A DNA stretch of 64,000 nucleotides from Oopsacas minuta (Eukaryota > Animalia > Porifera): NCBI GenBank assembly GCA_024704765.1, contig JAKMXF010000122.1:643068-707067 (forward strand). Reading direction: 5' to 3'. The notes beneath the pieces were generated by a model. The model did not search any database, was not told the DNA's origin, and saw only the letters and a program-made list of their open reading frames with translations. A program made the translations under genes and the position numbers. Positions 25,601-37,600 of this stretch are shown piece after piece; position 1 is the first letter of the stretch; the number at the start of each line of letters is the position of its first letter.

Positions 25601-28600
25601 TTCGCTTAAGGCCATGTTATATTGAAGGTTTGATGGCAGGCGCTAAATCTTGCAAAATATTGACTTTGAATTCATTCATATTGTATGGAAAATTCAAAAA
25701 ATCAGAATAACTATTATGAATGGCTGATAAAATGGGATGTGTTCAGTTGTTGCTACTTGTACGCCTATTATTGCATCAATCAGAATTCGGGTATGTATTC
25801 AACATATGTCAGATATTGAACCTAATTTTTACTTTCGTGAGCGTTCTTGCAGTTCCCCACTTCCAAAATACGGAAAACATCACTGACTATAGTTATAATA
25901 ATCAGGGGTAAGGCTACAGTCTGGTAGAATTGTTGTGGACTAGAGACCCCAATCGGCCAGTTATATAATCTCCATATTGGCCATTTGTACTAAATGTACC
26001 CAGTCAAATTTGATGATAATAAGTTAGAATCTTTATAATAACTTAGACATGCATCAATTTCTATTCTATAAAAGTTACCGACGTATTATTGATGATTTAT
26101 GCAATTATGATCTTGTGAAAAATTAGCTAGTAACTATTTTTCGATTTAAATATTTTCATTCTTGAGAAGGTATATTTGACATATATACTAGGAAGAGAAG
26201 GAACTATGATAATAGAACCCAACTTATTACTCTCACCGTGTCAGAAGTGCCTTACGACCAGGTCACAGCCTGAGCAGTGAAAATAGTGGCTACATCTAGA
26301 ATTTAGATAGTTGGTAGATATATGTATAAATTCGCATATAATTAAATCGATAAGAATATAGGTAGATCCATTTCGCTTCTTTGTCTATTAAATAACTATA
26401 CTGTTTTGAAATATATATCAGATCATTTTTCAAATATCTGTGCATTAATAATAGAATAATATTTTACTCAGTATATCTTAATGAATCAGAGATTATTCAC
26501 AACTCATTGGTAGCTGTCACGCTTTAACTGGTCCGGCACGCTGTAGTAGCTAGTCCGGGTCTACAAGTTATAGATGCCACAACTAGTCCCGGACGAGTTA
26601 CGGCATCCAAAACTGGTCCGATCCTGACTAGTTATGGGTCGGGCCAGTTGTGTCGTGACAGGGCCCTGAAGTTTACTCAATTAGGTTTGACCTGGTTAGG
26701 TAAAATTAGGCTCGCACGGCCCTGACTCTCCATATGTTGATCATCACGCTGTCTTACGGGTTATTGCAAATATGTACAAAAACAGGGTTGCCGTGGGAAA
26801 GGAACTTCAATGCCCATTCTCATCCCATTCCCACAGGATTTCTGTGGGAATCCTATGGGAAATTCCATGGGAATTGCCACGTGGGAATCTGATCGAAATT
26901 CCCATAGGACTCCATATGGAATTTCAGAATTCGCATGGGATTCCCACAGGATTCCCATATGATAACTACGATTCCCACACTCATTCCCACGGCAACCCTG
27001 ACAAGAAATGACAACAGTTCCTATGTATGACCGTAACATAATACTGAGTAGATAGTTTAGCATAATTTACAAGAATAATTCGAATTTTAAACATTTTGTA
27101 TTACTGGTTATTGCTACAAATGCTGGTCAAACCAGTCCACAATTTCAAGCTGTGAATTGGCGTTAGATAACGAGGGTCACGGATCAAAAGAAGTTATATT
27201 TCGAAATTCTGATTTTGAATTTGGATTCATTATGGTATATGTGGCACTTGTAAGGCCGAAAAACGCCGTAAGAATCTATAATAAATCTTCGTCGCATCGA
27301 AGATTTATTGTAGAAAACACGAATTATTCTAGCTGTGAATCCTTTGGCAAGCATTTTCTTGCGATGAATCTTCTGATATAAACGGGAAAGTGTATCAATA
27401 TATTATGTATAACTAATATTCTTTGTTAACTTAGCTTCTGAACCTGAGGTAGGGTCGATAGCAAAACTGTGAAGACCATTGATTAGATTGTTTCCATACA
27501 CAATTGAGTAAGTGAAAGTTGTGGGAATAGATAGAACATCATCAGTGTCCATAGCTTGCAGGGTATTAATCACGCCACTCATTGCCTCAGGTATAGATAT
27601 AATCTGATTCACAGAAGAAGCAGAAAATATGGGATCTTCGTCGTTTATATTTAAAATTAAGATTGTAACATTGACCTAGAGATAAAATTCAGCAATTAAT
27701 ATACAAATAAACTCTTAAATGAAGCAGACGCAGGATCATGTTTATTTGACAAGAACAGAGAGGGGGCAGCATAGCTTACTATAACTACATGTTGCTTAGC
27801 AAAGCTTAGCCCAATTAAATTCCAGGTCATTGATGATATCCGATTTGATTAATGAAGGATGACATAAATCGTCATAAATTCAAATCGTATTAGGTTAAAC
27901 GGAGGAAAAATCAAGAACAGGGTTTCTCAACCTGTAGACATATGATCAAACGTGACCAACATGACCAAAGTTGAACTAAAATGACGAATTATGTCGATCT
28001 GGATGTGGTCATGATATAAGATTTTAAAAAGGTGTGGCCATAGCCCTAAAGAGTTTGAGAAATCGTGATATAGAACACTTTGAGCATGATTAGTCAGTAA
28101 TTTCAACCACAATGACTCAGTTAAAATTCTTATCAATTTATGGCAAAATTTTGCTATAAAAATTCGGTTGACCAAATAGTTGGTCAACCGAATATATTTG
28201 GTAGATCAGACATATACCGAAAGTTTTGATGCATTATCATCAGAACAATTAGAGCTGTGTTAAAAATTAAGAAACACAACACAAAAATTCAATGCGGGGG
28301 TACTACGTGCCACGGAAGATTTCATCCCATTTATAACTAGTATGCATTAGTGCACATCTTTCCTAAAATTTTATCGCTGGAAGAATTTTCGTTTTGTATT
28401 CCGGCGAAACGTGTCTGACGATTCCCCCCTTATCATATATCCCACTACTCTAAATTATATTATGTAAGTAATTTTCTACAGCCCATTGTTATCACCATAA
28501 TATGGCTATAGAATAACCATTATAATAAGCTATAAGGTCTTCATGCTAATTCCCATTCAAGTTAGACGAAGCAATAGAAAATACCTTAGATTTTTCAGAT

Positions 28601-31600
28601 TTCCGGGGCCGCTGATAATTGCCATAATTTTAACGAAGAAATTTGTGTAACAAATGTTTCCAATATAGCATTATTAACTAGACTACCTCAAGATATTTTC
28701 CAGCTATATACTTTTATATTTATGTTGAAGGGTATTAGAGAATTTAGTGTGTACGCATGCACAAGATTCATCTTCAGTGTATTGGAAACACAAGTGTATG
28801 TGGGTCAATTTAGAATGTGTTAGATTGACAGTGATGGCATTGTAACGCCCGAATTTAGTTGGTCCAGGCTGACTATAAATTGTCCGGGCAAGGCAAATTA
28901 TGTCCGACATCAATTTTAAGCAATATTCTTGCTCACTAGACAAATATCTCAGAGACGCGCCAAGATTTGGCGAACGGAGGGACTGGGCCGGTGACAAGGT
29001 TTCGTGGGGCCAAGCTCGCTCGGCATATCAATTAAAGTATTCAACATATTCGCCTGTAATTGCCAGAAAAATATATGACTTGGTGCTTTGGATGAAAAAT
29101 ATAGGTAAATGAGAGATGAGGTATATGAAGACGATTATTAAGGTGAATAATAAGGTACTACAATCAAACACAAAAATTGTAGGCAAACATGGCCTGTGTA
29201 CCTAATCTGTCTATACAACAGAGGAAAAATGAAGTAGCCCTCCAAAGACATAATAGAGTTGTAATATAATAAAGCAAGCATTGTAAGTTAAATAAACAAA
29301 TTATTAAAGTATATAACATTACTCATAAACTGAGTGAGATACAAGAGTCTCGAAGAAGTAAGGCGGAATATTAGCTAAACTAAGCATTTAGAAAAAAAGC
29401 TTCAAAAATAAGATGTACTTTTAAGACAAACAATTTCGAAAAACAAGACAAAGCAAGTTCTGTCAAAAATTGTGAAAATTCGACCAGGCTGGTTCGGTTA
29501 GCCAGTTAAATAGTTAACCACTGCTATACCAGATAACTGCTAGAATAAAAGATATTCGCTTAATCGAATAGTACCATTACCATCAATTTATTCAATGTTT
29601 TGAGAGATAAGAAATTACATATTCACGAATTTGAATTTGTTGTTACTGTTACAATTAGGTTCATATTCTTAAATTTTAATAGTATTTGTTAGATAAAATG
29701 GCACAAAATTTGCATATTAATAGCTATGTATTGAAATATCAATTTTAGCAAAACTTCATTGATTGCATTACAGTATAATTGCAGAGGTTAACTGACTAAC
29801 AGCTATCATTAAATTGTTTAACCAGCCCCCCCCTTTTTTCGATTAACCAACCCCCGCCCTGATTCGATCTATCGACTACATAGCTTGAATGCATTCGATC
29901 TTGGAATTTTGACCAATCGGCAACATCAGAACTCGGCCTAATACAGGCGCTCCATTCCTGCAAACAAGAAGTGATTATTGTACATTTAAAGAAACTACAA
30001 ATCAACAAATCGAATTTTAAACAATAATCCTGTTTACACCTTGTAATTTGAAAACTTCCCAGAAGAACCATTCCCCACTTGTTTAAGGATGGTTTAAATA
30101 ATCGCATCTAAGTGACTAAGTGATATATTTTAACAAATGTGAATTTGAAGAGGCCTTTATTAGCTAGTAAGCATATTGCTACACCATTGGCTAGGAGCTA
30201 GGGTCAAAGGGGGAATTTGTTAGATGGTATACTAAAGAGAAAATATTATGGTTATGTACTAGATTAATTGGATACGTATAATAATAAGAAATATAATGAA
30301 ATATATCTTAACAGTGCTAGGTTAGCAAGAATTACTAGTTGCGAATATTATTGCATTATAGAGCTAAATAAATGGCAGTAAGGGCGGAAATGCATAATGA
30401 AGTAAACAGTGAAGAATCAATAAAATAATTAGATATGGAAAAATATTAGCAAAATGAAGTGCTAGCTACGTATGCATTAATGTAAAATAGCATACAAACC
30501 TCAGAGAAGACAGATCCAGCTGGTCCATCCTCTATGTTAGTAGCCCTCACAACAAGATCGAAAACCTGTTTAGTTTCATAGTCAATAATCTTTTCCACTC
30601 CTGCACTATCATCCAATGTAGTGATGATGTTTCCATTCTGATCAATCATAAATCTGTCATCATGGCCAGAAATAATAGAAAATTCTGAGGGCTGATTGTT
30701 TCCTATATCCTTATCTGTCACAGAGATTCTTTCATAAGAAGGATTGACCTAAAGTAAAGTTGAAATGTATAAGGTTAAAAGCTAAGATAATTTGGTACCT
30801 GGTTTGTACTACCCCTGCCATGTGAGCAGATCACTGCCTTACTATTAACGACCACTTTTCGGAACATGGAGTGGTCGTAATGACCGGTTTTAATGGAATT
30901 AAAACAAACGTGATGGACATGAGGCACGAGTACAAATATTAACAATATTATTCTGACACTTGAGTATTTTGAGTAATTTCTATTAGCAGTCCAAGTGATG
31001 GTCCGGTTTAAACCCGAATAACCCCGAGGACCGGCGGACAGTCTTGCCATGGCCATGGTTCTGCATATTCAAGATTATTTGTAAGTTCATTTATGACAAT
31101 CAGTTATTTAGCCATGCTTGGCAGACTACTGGCTCACGGGTGGCGCATGAATAAGAATCCCTCGTTGCAATCTATAAGGAAATACAATTTATACGTATTT
31201 GATCCAAAATAAGTACTTAAAGCAATATAGCACTCGCCATGTCTTACTTGAAATACAGCTAAATATGTCCCGAGAAGGCTTGAAAACTAGAAGACCGACT
31301 GAAAATATGTGAATACCACATATCTCTAGAAATGTGTAGCTGAAGCATATACAGTTAAAGAACAAAAGTATTCGACCACTTACCGTATTTCAACTGTATA
31401 TAGGTTTCCACATACGGTGGAGACATCTAGAATACTTTTGAACATACTTAAGCTCTATCATATATAATCTAGAGATATGTGGTAATAAAACATTTTCACT
31501 TGTCTTTCTAGTTTCCAAGCCTTCTCGGTGACATATTTAGCCGTATATCAAGTAGGACATGTACTCACATATCTCACGGTTGTATGTCAAACCTGAATTC

Positions 31601-34600
31601 TTGATAAATACTTATCATAATAGATAAAAGTATGGATAAATACAAAAATAAAATACGATTTGAGATCAAAGAATAACAACCTGGTGTCCATCGCTAACAC
31701 CTTCCTCAATGGTAAACTCATATGGAGGGTTAACGAATACAGGCATATTGTCATTAACATCGAGTACAACAATCTGTACTGTTACAATAGGCAAGAATTG
31801 AATTCCTCTATTGATTCCATCATTAGCTCTGATATCAAAAGAATAAGAATTTGTCATTTCTCTATCCAACAAAATTGCAACTTCAAGTACACCAGAGATG
31901 GAATCGAGAGTAATTTCTGGTGAGTCAGTTAAATCAACCTTTTCATATGTAATATTATCAAATTCGTCATCTGTCGCAAGTATCTACAAATAAATGAAAT
32001 AAAAATGATACATTGCTTATAGCAAATATATTATCTAATTATGCTTTATACTTGGATTTATGTTTCAAATAATATTTGTTCTTGATAGCGTCTATCGTGA
32101 TTTAGTAAACAAATTGCTAGTATTACAATATAAAAATATTATAAATAGAGAAGTCATATCGAATGACATTAATATATACAGTGGAACCCTGCTTAACGGC
32201 CACTCCAGAATACCGGCCACCTCGATATACCTGCCACTTTTTAAAGTCCCGTTTAATATACAAAAGACATCAACATTAATTTATTTCAGAATTCCGGCCT
32301 CTCTGCTATTCCGAATTACGGCCAATCTTAACAATAGGAATCACTATTTGATGTTTGAAGACGAAAACAATTTCTTGACAATTTAATAACAATACATTGG
32401 ATTGTATACATATAAATGCAGAGCAGATTAATGAGACAGTAATTCATACGATATTAATGGCATCGAGCAAACGCAATGAGCTGGATCTCAAACGAAAAGT
32501 GGAGTGAATTCATATTTCTCCTGGACAATCGCATTGGAAATTGGCAGTAAGATTTAATATAGGAAAACCCAAGTACCTTCCAAATTTAAATGAAAAACAG
32601 AGTATTTGGCCGCTTATGAGGAAAATCAAAGAGGAGACAGAAAGCGGCATTGGTATTCCAACGAATTTAATGTACTTGACACTGCTTTGCGGGATTGGTT
32701 TCAATCTGCTCGTTCAAAAAACATACCCCCCTCCGGCCCCTTGATTCAAGAAAAAGCTGCCAAAACATGTTCACTTGAATGACTTTCTGTATAGCTAGAG
32801 AAAAATTTGTTATCATTCGAAATTATAGCGTTAGTGGATTAGGAAAATGTCATCAGAATTGTAAATATATATCATTACTTAGCATTGAGGTTTTGAAAAT
32901 TGTTCTATTCGTGTCAACTATAATGTGTTATTTGTCCGGCTTCTCATTATTATTTTGATAGAAGTTTTCTTCTACATATTATTGAGGGCTGGTGGATTAT
33001 GTGTTTAATATTTCTTTTAAAATATTGATTACTTTTGAAATATTTTATTTTGAAAGATTCAACGAAGAAGTTAGACTAGAGTCACTTCAGTCACCAATTT
33101 GACTGACTTATACTAATCAGATTTCAACGAAATTAGTATCATTGGAAAGAAAGAGAGTTGAACGTTTTAAGCAATATGTTTTGATTTTACAAACCTTTAC
33201 CTTTCGTCACTTTTTTGGTTCAAATTTTTAGTGTAACAGCTCCCTTGAATTTGATTCTGAAATTATATACATCATACTTTAGTGATATTGACTTTTATGT
33301 TAATTAAATTTCATCAAATTCATGTTTCTTACCCTAAATCGATTGAATTTAATTCATAGAAACCTCCATTCATATCTTATAATTCAATTTCCCTAAAAAG
33401 AACAGCGGATCGCTAGTACTTATTTTATGATTTTAATATCTTATTTTGTTTTTTCTCAATTTTCTTCAGTTGCTTCACGATAATTATTGCGTTTTAAGAT
33501 AGTAATTATTGCATAGACCATAATAGTAAGACTATACAACACTTGTTAGATCATTAGTACGTATAGGAAGTCATATCCTCATACTTGTTATAGTTCCCAT
33601 TGCAACTTGTTTCAACAAATACTTAAATTTATGGACTTCTTTGTAGTTAACCTACACAAAACGAGTTGATATACATTACTTGCTGTGAATATCATAGATG
33701 ATTTATATTATAGTGTATATACCACTCTCATATTATAGAATTTCTTCCTCAAGATGGTTAAAACAGATAAATTCAGAGATAGTACCACAGCTATTTTACC
33801 ATTTATCACTTAAGCAATATACAAATATCAGATTCTGCAATGAATTATTCCAATATATACTGTATGAAAACTTCTTCTTCGTATCCTAAACCAATTTTCA
33901 ACACTAGCGTTGCTGTTTGTTAAAACATAACCTTGTGTATTGATTGTACACAAAATTGTTCCACTCCAACATGGTAACAATGGCATATAATATGCAATAG
34001 AAAATCAATTAATCCAGGATAGTAACATACATTATTTTCTTTTACTTCAGAAGTACTAACTCCAATATCAAGGTTATTCACAATAACCTTTTTATTGGAT
34101 TTCGCATTCTCATAAATTTTCGAAATACTTACAAAAGGGAGACTTTTTGCCAGTAGTTTGCTTCATCCTCATATTACTCAGGTATTTCATTACGAATTTC
34201 TTTCTCACACTTAACACACATTTCTAATTCGACAAATTTGTTCTCATAATCATGGATCGTTTTTCAAAACATAAAATATTCATAATAATTCAAAAAGATG
34301 GTCAATTTCATACAAATTTTTACAAATTAAGACCCGACCAAAAACATGTAGAATTATTCTCTCTTGATCAAATATATTTTACAATTCTGATGACATTTTC
34401 GTAATCCACCAACGCTATACTTTCGAATAATAACAATTTTTTCTCTAGCTATACAGAAAGTCGGTCAAAGAAACGATTCAAGTGACGTTTATTTAAATTT
34501 GAATAGGCTGCTAACTTCTTTTTCGTTATTTTGAGATTTGGATATTTTGTTTAGTTTATGTTCATAAAAACAACAATAAATGAAAATCGGATTCAGCATG

Positions 34601-37600
34601 TTAGATGTATTTAGTGAAGTTGATTGAATTCTATTTACTTCCTTGATAAGCACGATAAAATACATAGTTATGAGACAATTTCAAAATTGCATACCGTAGA
34701 TCTTTCCGGGGTCCTTGACAACGAACAAACAAATAAACAACATTGAGATCTAATAACATAGATTCGTGTATACTATCAAGGGATTATTAGGTACGCTGAT
34801 GCTCCTTTAGGCCCAAAAGTTTCAATTCATCATAGCGATTAATGTGTGATTCAAATTTGGCACAAAAATTGAATATTCAAGAAAGTTTATCTTGGATTTC
34901 CCCATTTTTAGATGTAATTTCAATGATATGATGCATAAATTCCTCTAAAGTATGCCCCATGCACCACTCCACGGTTATGGAGGTACGTTTCTATGGAACT
35001 GGATGAATGAAAGTGGGCAAAATTTCCCCGCTTAGAGAGATTGCACAGTATACAGTGGTGGATTAAGGTGGGTCTGATGGGGGTTCGCCGGGGACCATAC
35101 ATTTGCATATTTCGCAGAGAATTTCACTTTGTATGATGTGAAATTAATTTGTATCCTTCGTGACAAATTAGCTCTGTGTTCAGCTAAAATCATAAATAAG
35201 TTCGTACTACATCACTCCGTGTGTCTAGAACATCTGGTTATCGAATTACCCATTCATAACTTTGACGATGATCTATCAAAAATTGTTATACCGAGTGTTC
35301 AATAAGTTCGAGTAAAAGTATGCTTACAGTACAGATAGATACAAAAATACTATTTCAAATGTTCGAAATACTCCCCATTAGCATCAATACACCTTTGACA
35401 CCGTTCTAACCACATGTCAAATAGTCTTGAGTAGCGACTTTCTGGTATGAGGTCAATTGTATCCAAAAATGCGGCGCTCAGCTCTGTTTCCGAATCAAAA
35501 CGTCTACCTTTTAGATGGCGTTTTATAGTAGGAAACAACCAGAAGTCACAGGGGGCTAGATCTGGGCTATAGGGTGGATGATCGATCAATTCTAGCCCCG
35601 ATTGTTTGATATAGTCCTTAGTTTTTCGTGCAGTGTGAGCTGGAGCATTGTTATGGTGGAATTTCATTCCGCGAAGACCAGTCTTTGGACGCAACCTCTC
35701 GACAGCTTGGAACACTTGCGGAAGACAATTTTCAGTGTATCAAGTTGCAGTAACAGTGTGATTCTCAGGAAGCATCACATATTCTATTATCCTTCTTGTA
35801 GAGAAGAAAACAGCAAACATTCGCTTGCCGACCGCCCTGGTTTGCTTAGGAATTGTGTCCGGTTGCTCGTCTTCAAAGATCCATTTTGAGCTCTGCTGCT
35901 TTGATTGAATGTCGTAATAATAGATCCATGTCTCGTCACCAGTTATGACTTCTGACCAGCGTCGCGAATCTTTTTTGGAATACTTTAGCAGCATAAAACG
36001 ACAAAATTCTATTCGACGATTTTTTTTGCTCAAAATTTAATAAATGGGAGACCAACTTAGAACAAACCCTCTTTAGCCCAAGGTGTTGGTGTAAGATGGT
36101 TTCTATTGTCCCCGATGAGACCGAAACCTCGAAAGCTAACTGTCTGACAGTGATTTGCCTATCCTCAGTTACAAGCTTCGATACTTTGTCGATATTCTCC
36201 TCGGTGACCGCCGTAATTGGACGTCCTGAACGTGACTCATCGTCAAGGGATGTGTGGCCTAAACGGAATTGACGATACCACTAGTAGATGTTGGATTGGG
36301 TTGGACTTTGATCCCCAAAGATAGAAAACATCTCACAACTGCAATCCGCAACGTTTAATCCACGTTTGAAATTGTAGAAAATGATGGCACGGAATCTCTC
36401 TTATTCAAATTTTCCATAATATTAAAATATTGAAAGTGAAGACTATAAAATTGGCTACAAAAAATCGAGTATAGTACTTATAATCCTGAAATTTGGTTAG
36501 GAAGTATGGATTCATTCGGTATGTATGTGGTTACGTTAAATTAGCTCTACTGTAAGTGCTTTGCATAATTTACTCGAACTTATTGAACACTCGGTAATAG
36601 GGTCACTTTTGATAAGATTAAATGGGTTATCATATATAAATGCCTCATAAAATAGCTAAATAGGTGGGGTATTGCTTTAAAGTGAGCGCGCAAAAGAAAT
36701 TTTTAAAAAGAAATAGTCAATAAATGTGAAATTTTAAGAATGAAGTGATGGCCACCCCAGGCAAAGAGGGCCGACGCATGGCCTACTATTTACACGGCGA
36801 GCTAAGCAAAGAATTACCAAAATAATTTCCAGGCCATTGAATTACCATATATGGGCATGAACTTTGAGCGCGTCATTGTGGTTAAAATAATTTGGAAAGC
36901 AGGTTTAAAAGTATTCTAGGTGTCTCCGTCGTATGTGGAAACCTATTCATAGTTGAATCTGTAATGATAACTGCAATCCTTCATGATCAAACAGAATATA
37001 ATCAATGGCCTGGATATTATTTTGGGAATTCTTTGCTTAGCTAGCCGTGTATATAGTAGGCCATGGCCGATGGTTGGTGTCCGCCCGGAGCCCAAAGTAC
37101 CCATAATCCGTCCCTTACAGTATATATGTATGTATATATTTATATAACAAGCGCGCTTCGCTTGCTAGGTCAATTTGCAATACCTCAGTGCTCTAGGTTA
37201 TATTAAGTATTAATCAGCGAAATTTATAGTGTTATTGTCGCTACGCGAGCAAGATTAAATAAAATTTTATTCTTCTATTACTTTCAATGGTTATATTGTA
37301 GTTGTTACTATATATAGGGTAAATGTAGAAGAATCTAACAGAAATTACAACTGTTATCACAATTTGAAATAAGAGACTGGTTTATAAATTTTGGATAAAT
37401 CATCGTCAAAGACTGAAAATTCAATATTTTGTGACGTCATAACTTAGAAACCACATGAGTAAATGATTTGAAATTTGACCATACATATTGACTAATTAGT
37501 AGCCCCACACTGTAATTTTTAGACCTGAGTCTGTCGGTAAATGGTAGGATAATCTGACATGAAATTCATCAAAAATACATTCACTGTCTGCGAATCCGGG

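Noticed and set aside
26514-26661. TGTCACG...CGTGACA short inverted-end unit (similar one at 2396-2555) as solo LTR or Ginger MITE
   Set aside because: No target duplication, PBS or PPT; too short to classify.
26761-27063. ORFs across the CCATGGGA-repeat MITE
   Set aside because: Open frames arise from the repeat composition of a 218-bp MITE.
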